From the NCBI GenBank assembly GCA_016186765.1, contig JACPLD010000004.1, positions 29,287 through 93,286 of the forward strand: a stretch of 64,000 bases of DNA. Reading direction: 5' to 3'. The position numbers and the translations under genes were made by a program. This DNA comes from Candidatus Kaiserbacteria bacterium (GTDB taxonomy: Bacteria > Patescibacteriota > Minisyncoccia > Phycocordibacterales > UBA2100). This document shows, one piece after another, positions 1 through 9,120 of the stretch; the first letter of the stretch is position 1, and each line of letters begins with the position of its first letter. The notes beneath the pieces are model-generated. The model searched no databases. It saw only the letters and a program-made list of their open reading frames with translations, and was not told the DNA's origin.

Positions 1-1250
1 TTCCCGAATGTGATGACGGGTTTGCCAAAAAGCGTTGCTTCCCATCCGGCCGTTCCCGTTATTGTCGTGACGAGCGCGGCATGCGCGATAAGCTCGAAGC
101 TCGAAGTTTCAGGACGCACCAGAACGACATTTGGTATTTTCTTGAGCTCTCGATAAAAACGACGCGGCCGTAGGGCGACCATTTGCGGGTGCTCTTTGAC
201 GAGTAGCTTCATACTCACGGGGAGCGCCTGCGCGATGCGCCGAACGACCCCAATTTGATCCGTATCGAAGCGAGCGAGCCAGAGCAAGCTTAATTCGGGT
301 TCTAGATGCAACGGGAAGAATGCATAAGGAATCGAGAGATCGAACGAGTCGTACAGATCGTTCAGTCCGATGAGGTTGCGCATCTTCCGTCTGATACCAT
401 CAATCACATACGAGGAAGGATGCACGTACGAGTAGTCATCACGAAACGGAGGATTGAGGAACCATTCCTTCCACAGAACTCCTAGAAAGCGGAACACGTG
501 GAAGATATGCGAGGGACGCAAAAAATCAAAATGCTGCTTGCGTGTGAATTTTCTCCTCTTCTCATCGTGGATTTCCGAGTAGACACGTGGCCTTGCTCTG
601 AACTCATCGATGTAGGTGCGCGCCTCAGAGTAGTGCGGTATGCGCTCAAGCGGTGTTCGCTGACCTCGACGAACAACCTCCTCAACAAACGAAAGACGGT
701 CATAACTCTCAGACACTGTGATGCGATCTCGAATGCCGGTAAATGACATCACAAGCGTTCTGATCCCACGTTTTTTCGCAATATGGTAGAGGAGCGTTGT
801 ACTCATCGCACCGATCGGCGCAGAAAAAAGCACATCTGGCTTTTCCGCATCGAGAAATGCAATGATCGCCTTTGCGTACACTTGCACCATGCGAAGCATT
901 TCCTCATGCGAATAGCGAGGCGTGTCGTAGGGATACTCCCGTACGAGCTGAGAAAAACGAATGATACGATCAGTATTGATATACGGCCACAGGTTCGGTA
1001 TGCCGTACTCTTTCTCGAGGGATCTCAGGTATTCGAGGTCGAGCTGCTCGGTTTTGTAGGAGCGTTGCACGTTCTCATCCAAAAGAAGCGCCGAGTAGGC
1101 GACGCTTTTCTGCGACAAGAGGAACTCGTAGCTGGGCCGCGTTTGTACAAACGCGCATACCTCGTTGATACCGTGTTCGTCCTTGAGGCATCGCGCAAGC
1201 TCGTGCCCAACATAGGCAAAGCGCCTCTGCAATATGAAGCAGACCTTCAT
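1..1250 (-). CDS. Capsule polysaccharide biosynthesis (KpsS/KpsC-like, Capsule_synth) protein, 3' partial; runs off the window start and is absent from the ORF track
   Basis: Manual minus-strand translation in the frame whose lowest codon coordinate is divisible by 3 gives an uninterrupted protein. It starts at ATG 1248-1250 (MKVCFILQRRFAYVGHELARCLKDEHG...) and continues ...FFPLHLEPELSLLWLARFDTDQ...LLVKEHPQMV...TGTAGWEATLFGKPVITFG. It resembles ORF 12608..14047 (YVKEHPSQ). No stop is found before position 1. Confidence 0.7.
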   Translation of the reverse strand, partial: MKVCFILQRRFAYVGHELARCLKDEHGINEVCAFVQTRPSYEFLLSQKSVAYSALLLDENVQRSYKTEQLDLEYLRSLEKEYGIPNLWPYINTDRIIRFSQLVREYPYDTPRYSHEEMLRMVQVYAKAIIAFLDAEKPDVLFSAPIGAMSTTLLYHIAKKRGIRTLVMSFTGIRDRITVSESYDRLSFVEEVVRRGQRTPLERIPHYSEARTYIDEFRARPRVYSEIHDEKRRKFTRKQHFDFLRPSHIFHVFRFLGVLWKEWFLNPPFRDDYSYVHPSSYVIDGIRRKMRNLIGLNDLYDSFDLSIPYAFFPLHLEPELSLLWLARFDTDQIGVVRRIAQALPVSMKLLVKEHPQMVALRPRRFYRELKKIPNVVLVRPETSSFELIAHAALVTTITGTAGWEATLFGKPVITFG

Positions 1251-1289
1251 ACGATATGGGCCTTGCGGAGAGCGGCTTGGAATGAAAGT

Positions 1290-2252
1290 ATGGTACGCAT
1301 GCAAAAAGAAATCGCGGTTGCGCCGTGTAGGATCTGCGGGGCAAAGCGCGGGAGAATCATTCGACAACACCTACGGTATGACATTAAACGCAATGTGATG
1401 CGATGCGTCAAATGCGGTTTTGTGTATCTCGAGCGCGCACGAATCGCGAGGCGGTACTACTCAGGGGAAAAATACCGTGCGCACCACGGGCCGAGCCTCG
1501 GAAAGAAAAATTCGCCGAGAGAGTTGTTCAAAGCATACCTCCCGTTTCAGTATCAGATCCACGAGAGTATGGGCTCTCTCCTTCGACCATCCATATCTCT
1601 CCTCGACGTCGGCTGTTCGGCAGGGCACTTTTTGCACTCGCTCAAGGGAAAAGTGCGCACTCGCGTAGGGCTTGAGCTAAGTCGCGAGGAGGTTTCGTTC
1701 ATTCGCCGGAACCTCGACTTTCCTGTGTATAACGTTCCCATCGGAGAAGCTCCAATACGGGAAGGGCTGTTCGACGTGATCACCTCTCTGCAAGTACTCG
1801 AACATGTTGAAGATCCGGTCGGCTTTCTCCAAAACATCAGGAAGCACTTGAAAAAGAGCGGGACGCTCTACCTTGAGCTGCCGAACATCGACGACGTCTT
1901 GCTCACGGTGTATCGCGTAAAAGAGTATGAGGACTTCTACTACCGCGAACCGCATCTTTCCTATTTCTCCAAAGCCACCTTGCGGCGCGCGCTCCAAAAA
2001 GCAGGCTTCGAAGGCGAGATAGAAACCGTCCAGCGGTACACGCTTATAAATCATATCCACTGGATCACGGCGCGCGCGCCGCAACAGAGCTTCGTGCTTG
2101 GCATGACCCCGACGATCGTCAAGAACCCGAAAAGCGCTAGTGCCAAGCGGTTGAACGAATTTATCACGAGAGCCGATCGAGAATACCGCGCATTAGTCGG
2201 CAAACTTGGACTCGGAGAAAGCCTCGTTTTTAGGGGTACCATGCGTACGTGA
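1290..2252 (+). CDS. Class I SAM-dependent methyltransferase with N-terminal zinc-ribbon
   Basis: CRICG...CVKCG zinc ribbon; motif I LLDVGCSAGHFL; motif DVITSLQVLEHVEDP. ORF 783..2252 upstream of the ATG at 1290 is an artefact antisense to the KpsS-like gene. Confidence 0.75.
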   Translation: MVRMQKEIAVAPCRICGAKRGRIIRQHLRYDIKRNVMRCVKCGFVYLERARIARRYYSGEKYRAHHGPSLGKKNSPRELFKAYLPFQYQIHESMGSLLRPSISLLDVGCSAGHFLHSLKGKVRTRVGLELSREEVSFIRRNLDFPVYNVPIGEAPIREGLFDVITSLQVLEHVEDPVGFLQNIRKHLKKSGTLYLELPNIDDVLLTVYRVKEYEDFYYREPHLSYFSKATLRRALQKAGFEGEIETVQRYTLINHIHWITARAPQQSFVLGMTPTIVKNPKSASAKRLNEFITRADREYRALVGKLGLGESLVFRGTMRT

Positions 2253-3115
2253 CAGACTTTCGGGCGCTCCCTCGGGAGCGCCTGATTTCTTTCCCGTTTT
2301 ATAGTATTGTGAGCAACATGAACGCAGCTGAATCGCCTATCTCTGTGCATGGTAAATGTGTTGTTCTCACAGGCGCGGCTGGCTTTCTGGGTACGCACAT
2401 GGCGCGCGCACTAATAGAGCAGAGTGCCACGCTTATTCTGCTCGACAGGCTCACAAAAAAAGAAGCGCTCACGCATTTCAAAAAAAATGGAATCGCGATC
2501 GAAGAAACTGACTACCATGAGTGCGATATTGCGGATCCCGATGCGCTCAAGCAGGCCGCCGCAGCTATAGAAAAAAATCATGGAGGCATCAATGTTCTCA
2601 TTAACAATGCCGCATTCAATCCGAAGATCGAAAACACAAAAGAAAGTGGCACATTTGAGACATATCCGCTGGAAAAGTGGGAGGAAGAGTTGCGCGTGAA
2701 TCTCACCGGAACGATGCTCACGTGCAAGGCAATGCGGCCACTCATGGAGCGCGGTGCTTCAATCATCAATATCGCATCCATCTACGGGGTCGTTGCGCCC
2801 GATCAGAGAATTTATCCCGAGGGGTTTGAGAAGCCTGCAGTGTACGGCGCAAGCAAAGCGGGCGTGATAAGCCTCACGCGCCATTTGGCCTCTCTTTGGG
2901 GCAAAGAGGGAGTGCGCGTGAACGCCGTCGTCTATGGAGGCTTTGAGAACAATCAGGACAGAGACTTTATACAGCGCTACAGCGATCGCATTCCGCTACA
3001 GCGAATGGGCAAACCCGAGGAAGCAACCGGCATCATCCTCTTTCTCGCCTCTGGTGCGTCTTCCTACGCGACAGGTGCGACATTTACGATTGACGGTGGC
3101 TTGACCGCGTGGTAA
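2249..3115 (+). CDS. SDR family NAD(P)-dependent oxidoreductase
   Basis: GKCVVLTGAAGFLG Rossmann motif; NNAA; YGASKAG catalytic Y-x3-K. GTG at 2249 overlaps the upstream stop; an alternative ATG lies at 2318 (MNAAESPIS...). Confidence 0.75.
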   Translation: MTDFRALPRERLISFPFYSIVSNMNAAESPISVHGKCVVLTGAAGFLGTHMARALIEQSATLILLDRLTKKEALTHFKKNGIAIEETDYHECDIADPDALKQAAAAIEKNHGGINVLINNAAFNPKIENTKESGTFETYPLEKWEEELRVNLTGTMLTCKAMRPLMERGASIINIASIYGVVAPDQRIYPEGFEKPAVYGASKAGVISLTRHLASLWGKEGVRVNAVVYGGFENNQDRDFIQRYSDRIPLQRMGKPEEATGIILFLASGASSYATGATFTIDGGLTAW

Positions 3116-3125
3116 AAGCGCACTC

Positions 3126-5027
3126 ATGCAAACCATGCGTTTCAATGGCAAAACTGTCGGCGGAAGTCGCACGTACATCATCGCCGAAGTAGGTCTCGCG
3201 CATCAGGGAGACATGCGGCTCGCGAAGCGTCTCATCGGCGCGGCTAAAGAGAGCGGCGCTGACTGCGTAAAGTTCCAGAAGCGCTCGCTTTCCGATGTAT
3301 ATAAGAAGGACGTACTTGCGAAACCGGAGGCACAAGAGCATGCGCAGCAATATTTGCTCGAGCACATCATTCACGACGAGCTTTCTGAAAAGCAAATGCG
3401 CGAACTCTCCGCATACGCCAAAAAACGAGGCATCGACTTCGCAGCGACCCCATGGGATCAGAAGAGTATGCGTTTTTTGAATACGCTCGATATGCCCTTT
3501 TTCAAGATCGGCTCGCCCGATATGTTTAATCTGCCGCTCCTCAAAAAAGTCGCCCACCTTAAAAAGCCGGTGCTCGTCTCGACTGGCATGTCCTTTATCT
3601 CCGAGATCGAGCAGGTGGCGAAATTCTTGGAGAAAGAAGGCGCGAATTACATGTTCCTGCACTGCGTGAGCGCGTATCCTGCTCCCTACTACGATATCAA
3701 TCTCGCCTTTCTCACTCGACTCAAGGAGATCTCCGGCGGCCGACCAGTAGGCTATTCGGGGCATGACAGCGGCATTGCGATACCAATTGCGGCTGTCGCG
3801 CTCGGAGCATCGGTCATTGAAAAACACATCACGCTGGATCGCACCCTTCCGGGACCTGATCATAAGGCAAGCCTTGAGCCGGATGAATTCAAGCAACTCG
3901 TGGACGGCATACGCGCCGTCGAGCAAGGAATGGGCGAGCCCGTGCGATACCCTTCCCGCGGTGAGTTCCTAAACCGTGAGAATCTATCGAAATCACTTGT
4001 CGCTCGAAGAAATCTGAGGAAAGGCAGGATCCTAAGCGTAGACGACATCGCCGTAAAAAGTCCGGGCAAGGGCACAACGCCCATAAAGATCGATTACTTC
4101 ATCGGAAGTACGCTGAAAGTCCGAAACATCAAAAAAGACGACTACCTTCTGGAATCCGATGTAGGCCTGATGCGCCCTCCCTCTGATATTGGTGGACTTT
4201 CGTTCAACCGAAAATGGGGGGTCGTCGGCCGCATAACCGACATTGATACGCTCCTGCCGTGTGGATCGGATTTCGTCGAGATTCACCTGAGCGATTCCGA
4301 TGTCAATGACGATCGGGTAGGAACCAAAAACTACGACGTCGACCTCGTCATTCATGGACCTGAGTACAATGGCGAGCTGCTCCTGGATCTTTCCAGCCGC
4401 GACAAAAAAATCCGCAAGCAGACGATCGATTTTTTCAACAAGACGCTCGAGCACGGCCGCCGACTGAAGAAACACTTCAAAAACCGCGACGAGAACGTCA
4501 AAGTTGTCATACATCCGGGAGGCATGAATATGGAGCGCCCACTACAGGATTGCATCAAAGAGCTCAACGCAAACTTGCTCGACTCGCTCTCAAAGCTTCA
4601 CGCAGAGGGCTTTGAGCTCCTTGTCGAGAACATGCCCGGCTCCCCATGGTACTTCGGCGGCACATGGCATCATGCCAACTTTATGGACGCAAAAGAAATA
4701 GCCAATTTTTCAAAAAAAACAGGGTACGGCATCGTGTTCGACACCTCACATGCCGCGCTCTACTGCAATCGCTATGGTGTGAATTTTGAGGAGTATGTAA
4801 AAACGATCCTGCCTGTTGCAAAGTACCTTCACCTATCGGACGCCGCAAATTGGGGCGGAGAAGGATTGCGCATCGGCGATGGGACGATCGATTTCAAAAT
4901 GCTTTTACGGCATATCGTGAAAACAAAGCTGTGGATCGTGCCGGAGATATGGCAGGGACACAAATTCGGCGGCGAAGGATTCCTGATCGCAATGAGAGCG
5001 CTTAAGACAATCGATCCCCGGCTTTAA
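3126..5027 (+). CDS. NeuB-family nonulosonic acid synthase (N-acetylneuraminate/pseudaminate synthase-like) fused to a C-terminal xylose-isomerase-like TIM-barrel domain
   Basis: N-terminal ~350 aa: IIAEVGLAHQGD, VKFQK, LHCVSAYPAP, GYSGHD, VIEKHITLDR and a SAF domain. C-terminal ~280 aa: sugar-phosphate isomerase/epimerase-like (VVIHPGG...VENMPG...FDTSHA...LHLSD). Confidence 0.8.
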   Translation: MQTMRFNGKTVGGSRTYIIAEVGLAHQGDMRLAKRLIGAAKESGADCVKFQKRSLSDVYKKDVLAKPEAQEHAQQYLLEHIIHDELSEKQMRELSAYAKKRGIDFAATPWDQKSMRFLNTLDMPFFKIGSPDMFNLPLLKKVAHLKKPVLVSTGMSFISEIEQVAKFLEKEGANYMFLHCVSAYPAPYYDINLAFLTRLKEISGGRPVGYSGHDSGIAIPIAAVALGASVIEKHITLDRTLPGPDHKASLEPDEFKQLVDGIRAVEQGMGEPVRYPSRGEFLNRENLSKSLVARRNLRKGRILSVDDIAVKSPGKGTTPIKIDYFIGSTLKVRNIKKDDYLLESDVGLMRPPSDIGGLSFNRKWGVVGRITDIDTLLPCGSDFVEIHLSDSDVNDDRVGTKNYDVDLVIHGPEYNGELLLDLSSRDKKIRKQTIDFFNKTLEHGRRLKKHFKNRDENVKVVIHPGGMNMERPLQDCIKELNANLLDSLSKLHAEGFELLVENMPGSPWYFGGTWHHANFMDAKEIANFSKKTGYGIVFDTSHAALYCNRYGVNFEEYVKTILPVAKYLHLSDAANWGGEGLRIGDGTIDFKMLLRHIVKTKLWIVPEIWQGHKFGGEGFLIAMRALKTIDPRL

Positions 5028-5035
5028 AAGATGCG

Positions 5036-6088
5036 TTACTGTACCAAACGCCACGAGAGCGGCGTGCCCCGGGCAATATCCCTTGTGGCATACTTCCCGA
5101 GAACAGCGTCATAGAATCTCGGCGCGAGTCCGTATCCGGGTCGAATAGAGCGGAGGTTTGCTTTTGTGAATCGCTCGCCTTTTTTTATATTCTGAACAAC
5201 GAACAGCGATTTTCGGAATACGATATTTTCTTTCTCGTCGGAGGAGCGAGTATACGTCGGCTTGCCGAGCGCAGCTTCCGCAGTGCGGATCGACCTGACG
5301 AGCGCCTTAAATTCGCGCGGCTCAAGTGAGAAAGCAGCGTCAGGCCCGCCCTCGGATCGCTTCAATGTCACGTGCTTCTCGATGACGATGGCACCGAGCG
5401 CGACCGACGTAATCGCGACATCGTTTCCAAGCGTGTGATCGGAGAGCCCGACCTGAACGCGAAAACGCCGCTTCAGATCGGGAATGGTTTTCAGATTCAT
5501 GTCTTTGGGTTTCGCCGGGTAGGCGCTCACGCAATGTAAGAGCACGATCTCCTTCGTGCCACTTTTTTTCAATGTGCGAATGGCACGTGCAATTTCCTCA
5601 CGGCTCGCCATGCCGCGCGAGAGAATGACAGGTTTCTTGGTCTTTCCGATGCGCTTTAGAAGTGGGATATCGACGATCTCAAACGAGGCAACTTTGTAGA
5701 TTGGTGCTCCCAGCTTCTCGAGAAAATCAACCGCTGTCTCGTCAAACGGCGTCGAAAAACACGCGAGCCCGCGCTTTTTTGCGTGTGCAAATAATCTCTT
5801 GTGCCACGACCATGGCGTGTAGACCTCTTTGTAGAGCTCGTAGAGCGTTTTGCCTTTCCACGCTCGATTTGTCTTCACGATAAAGAGTGGATCGTGGGAG
5901 TTGATTGTCATGGTATCCGGCGTATATGTCTGGAGTTTAATTGCATCTGCTCCCGCATCAGCCGCCGCGTCGATTATTTTGAGCGCCCGCTTGATATCGC
6001 CCTTGTGATTGCCCGAAAGCTCTGCAACGATAAAAACCGGTTCCCCTTTCCCGATCCAACGTTTCCCGATGCGAATACTCGTTCTCAT
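5036..6088 (-). CDS. Pseudaminic/legionaminic acid synthase (NeuB family, PseI-like)
   Basis: FIVAELSGNH, IKLQTY, LLHCVSAYPA, GLSDHT, IEKHVTLKR and a C-terminal SAF domain. Confidence 0.8.
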   Translation of the reverse strand: MRTSIRIGKRWIGKGEPVFIVAELSGNHKGDIKRALKIIDAAADAGADAIKLQTYTPDTMTINSHDPLFIVKTNRAWKGKTLYELYKEVYTPWSWHKRLFAHAKKRGLACFSTPFDETAVDFLEKLGAPIYKVASFEIVDIPLLKRIGKTKKPVILSRGMASREEIARAIRTLKKSGTKEIVLLHCVSAYPAKPKDMNLKTIPDLKRRFRVQVGLSDHTLGNDVAITSVALGAIVIEKHVTLKRSEGGPDAAFSLEPREFKALVRSIRTAEAALGKPTYTRSSDEKENIVFRKSLFVVQNIKKGERFTKANLRSIRPGYGLAPRFYDAVLGKYATRDIARGTPLSWRLVQ

Positions 6089-6090
6089 GC

Positions 6091-6741
6091 TTACGTTTTT
6101 TTGTATATTTTCAGGATGTAGGTATGCCCTCCATGCTTGAAGAATGCGGGATGCTTCTCGTTGTTGACCACGCGCAGAAGGTTGAACTGTTCGGCAAGTG
6201 ATCTTCTAGGATCGAGCTCGCTGTCTTCTGGCGTGCGACGTCTATAGTGTGACGAGCTCCCTTTCTGCCGCGTTGCTTTCTTTGGCGGGAAATTCTCAAT
6301 GAAGCGCAAGGCAAGCGTGACGATGAGCGCGCCCTGCTTCTCGTGCATTTCATCGAGAAGCTCCTGCCCTTCGAGCTTCAGGTCGCCTCTGTCGTACACG
6401 ACGCCGCTGTCCACCGAATCCGCCGCCTCGAACACCGTGTGAGGTATTCTGTTTTTCCCCTCGAGTACTTGCCACGTGAGCGGGGACATCCCCTTCCCCT
6501 TCGGAAGCGCGCTCCCGTGGATAACGACATTGTGGGTATTGCGAGAGCGAATGCGCGCGGGAATGATCTTCTCGCAGCTAAGGTAAAAAGCGCAGTCGCC
6601 TTTTTTGACACCGTTCATGTTGTGCGCAAAGAAAGCTCGATGTCCTCGTTTTTTCAGGCGTTGGACAAGTTCCCGTCCATGCGGCACGAACCAGCTTTTC
6701 GGATTATCAACAAGCACAGTGATAGTGAGCTTCTTTTTCAT
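6091..6741 (-). CDS. Formyltransferase (Fmt/PurN-like N-terminal domain)
   Basis: HGSALPKGKGMSPLTWQVLEG formyl-transferase motif. The true start MKKKLTITVL is near 6741; the ORF extension up to 6909 is spurious. Confidence 0.7.
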   Translation of the reverse strand: MKKKLTITVLVDNPKSWFVPHGRELVQRLKKRGHRAFFAHNMNGVKKGDCAFYLSCEKIIPARIRSRNTHNVVIHGSALPKGKGMSPLTWQVLEGKNRIPHTVFEAADSVDSGVVYDRGDLKLEGQELLDEMHEKQGALIVTLALRFIENFPPKKATRQKGSSSHYRRRTPEDSELDPRRSLAEQFNLLRVVNNEKHPAFFKHGGHTYILKIYKKT

Positions 6742-7430
6742 AGTGTGTATGGGCGTATGCGAGCGATCTCCCCCGCGCGCTTCGGATACATCGCGTGAAG
6801 TGTGTCGAGGGCATTCTTCACCCGCTTTGCATCCCCCGTCAAGCTCTCCTGCCTGCGGTGATAGACGAAGAGCGGCTCGGGAAGGTGAACCCCTTTCCAT
6901 CGCCCCCATGTCTGAAGCAGAACTTCATACTCAGGAAATATGGTCTTGCCTCGAAAGCCCCCTTCCCTAAGCAGACGTTCGCGGCGCCATAGGAAGCCGC
7001 CAATCGGCGCTTTGAAGGGGTCGCTCGGGCGCACGAGGACACGCATTCCGCCTTGCTCCTCGAAGTAGTCTGCGTACGCGTAATCGAGCGCCCTGTCGGA
7101 GAGAACCCTGCGCGCGCAGGAGAGCGCGTGTGGCAAGAGCTCATCGTCTGCGTCGAGAAAGATAATGCACTGTCCCCGGGCCACGTTAAGTCCCGTGTTG
7201 CCCGCTGCGATGATGCCGCTATTTTCTTTCTGCCGCACGAGTCGTACGCGTGCGTCGGATAATCGCTCCACGATAGATGTTGTATTGTCTGTCGAACCGT
7301 CGTCGACAATAATAACTTCGTATGGTCCGCTGAAATCCTGCGCAAGCGCGCTTTTTAGTGCGCGAGTAATTGTCGCCTCGGCATTGTAGGCCCGAATAAT
7401 GATCGACGCTTTTACGCGACGTTGGTCCAT
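6738..7430 (-). CDS. Glycosyltransferase family 2
   Basis: SIIIRAYN...VIIVDDGSTD...FLDADD (DxD) GT-A fold. Confidence 0.75.
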   Translation of the reverse strand: MDQRRVKASIIIRAYNAEATITRALKSALAQDFSGPYEVIIVDDGSTDNTTSIVERLSDARVRLVRQKENSGIIAAGNTGLNVARGQCIIFLDADDELLPHALSCARRVLSDRALDYAYADYFEEQGGMRVLVRPSDPFKAPIGGFLWRRERLLREGGFRGKTIFPEYEVLLQTWGRWKGVHLPEPLFVYHRRQESLTGDAKRVKNALDTLHAMYPKRAGEIARIRPYTL

Positions 7431-8311
7431 AGGCGTGGATCTCTCACCTCATCCGGCACATCCTTAAACAGCTCACGCATTTCAGCAACCACGTCATAAC
7501 TCAATACGCCGGCTGATGAGAGTTCACGCACCTGTGCGGCGGATACCGCGCCAACGATGATGTGGGGGATCTGCTCCTCGGCAAGGACGAAGCCAAGTGC
7601 TGCCTCTACGCGGGATAATCCGTGGCGCGATGCGACTGCGATGAATCGTTCGAGGTATGGTCGGGCACTCGAAAGAGAAGGAGGAAGTTGTGTGAGCTCC
7701 ATGAGGAGGAGTCCTTGGAGAAAAGGGCTCCGTGCGAATACGGTCACCTTGCGCGCGAGGGCCTTCTCGAGGAATTCGTTTCTGCCGAATCGCTGGTCGA
7801 AGACGTTGTAGGGGACCTGAATATAATCGACGCCTGTGCTAAGCGCGTCGTACGCCTCGCCCTCGTCATACACGGAAGCGCCGACATTCCGCACAAGCCC
7901 TCGTTCTTTTGCCGATTGGAGCCCCTCCAGGACTGCAGGTACGTATATATCACGTGCGGCGTGGAGTAAATATCCATCCAGCACATCGAGGTGGAGCCTC
8001 TCAAGTGATGCTTCGATTTGCGCGACGACAAATCCCGAACCGTGGTCGGCCTCATACGGTTTCATTTTTGTAATAACGGATACGACGTGGTGGGACCGCT
8101 GCATCCACTGTCCCAAGATTTCCTCCGCCTCCCCATATGCCGACGCTGTGTCGAATGTAGTGATGCCACATGCGAAGGCGGCGTCGAATATCTCAAACGC
8201 TTTCTCTTTCGAAGGTTGCCCCTCCGTATTGCTGACCCCATAGGGCATCCCGATCCCCGCAGTGCCGAGAATGAGACGCGATTTTGCAGTATGACTTCTA
8301 ACGGGGTCCAT
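7412..8311 (-). CDS. Aldo/keto reductase
   Basis: LILGTAGIGMPYG, FDTASAYGEAE and an AKR TIM-barrel. Start chosen at MDPVRSH; the ORF extension to 8527 is unlikely. Confidence 0.7.
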   Translation of the reverse strand: MDPVRSHTAKSRLILGTAGIGMPYGVSNTEGQPSKEKAFEIFDAAFACGITTFDTASAYGEAEEILGQWMQRSHHVVSVITKMKPYEADHGSGFVVAQIEASLERLHLDVLDGYLLHAARDIYVPAVLEGLQSAKERGLVRNVGASVYDEGEAYDALSTGVDYIQVPYNVFDQRFGRNEFLEKALARKVTVFARSPFLQGLLLMELTQLPPSLSSARPYLERFIAVASRHGLSRVEAALGFVLAEEQIPHIIVGAVSAAQVRELSSAGVLSYDVVAEMRELFKDVPDEVRDPRLWTNVA

Positions 8312-9068
8312 GGTTTTTGAGCCACTCCTCATCCTCGCGCTTCGATTCCTCGATACCTTCCCACCCAGTCCCTCCTCTATTGATCTCCAGCAGTTCGGGA
8401 CATCTTTCGAGCAACTCAAGACAATCGCGCACAGTGAAGCGATTGTGGCCGAAGTGTTCATACACTGCCGTGACAAACGCAAAATCTCGCTCTGTATCCA
8501 CAGACCAGTGATAGGCCGAGTGATCAAAATCGCCGAGTGTCCACTTCTCGTCGAGTTTGAAACGCTCAGGGTGATTGCGCAAATATAGAGTCACATGTTC
8601 GCGCTCCGAGGGTAAGCGCGCTTCGCGCGCGGCAACTTCGAGTGCGGAGAAGGTAAAGACTTCGGTATCCAATCCCTCGGGGTAATTCACAGGAGTCCAC
8701 GTGTCATCAACACCTCGTGTCTCGAAGCGCTCGATAACGAGGTCGATCACTGCAGGATCATGGAGTGGACAATCGCCCGTCACGCGCACAATCACGTCCG
8801 CCCTCGCCTCCTTTGCCGCTTTGTAGTAGCGGTCCAATACATCGCTCTCACTTCCTCGAAAAACGGTAACACCAGCACGTTCAGCTAATTTGACTACGGG
8901 ATCATCCTCCGGCTTATTCGTTGTTGCAACGACGAACATATCGACCTTCTTCGAGCGTTTCAATCGCTCCAGCTGCAATAGGAGCATCGGCTTCCCGAGA
9001 ATGGGCTTCAAGACCTTTCCGGGCAAGCGTGTCGAGCCGACGCGTGCCTGCAGAATCGCGGCTATCAT
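8298..9068 (-). CDS. Acylneuraminate/pseudaminate cytidylyltransferase-like (CMP-sugar synthetase)
   Basis: MIAAILQARVGSTRLPGKVLKPI N-terminal cytidylyltransferase motif (SpsF/NeuA/PseF family). Confidence 0.75.
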   Translation of the reverse strand: MIAAILQARVGSTRLPGKVLKPILGKPMLLLQLERLKRSKKVDMFVVATTNKPEDDPVVKLAERAGVTVFRGSESDVLDRYYKAAKEARADVIVRVTGDCPLHDPAVIDLVIERFETRGVDDTWTPVNYPEGLDTEVFTFSALEVAAREARLPSEREHVTLYLRNHPERFKLDEKWTLGDFDHSAYHWSVDTERDFAFVTAVYEHFGHNRFTVRDCLELLERCPELLEINRGGTGWEGIEESKREDEEWLKNHGPR

Positions 9069-9120
9069 CGCATCACTATACTTCTTCCTGTCGTCGCAGG
9101 AAAACATCCGAAGCCTCGGC

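Noticed and set aside
783-1289. N-terminal 169 aa of ORF 783..2252, an apparent long extension of the methyltransferase
   Set aside because: Arg-rich and low-complexity, and it lies exactly antisense to a well-formed KpsS-like coding frame on the minus strand. The real methyltransferase starts at ATG 1290.
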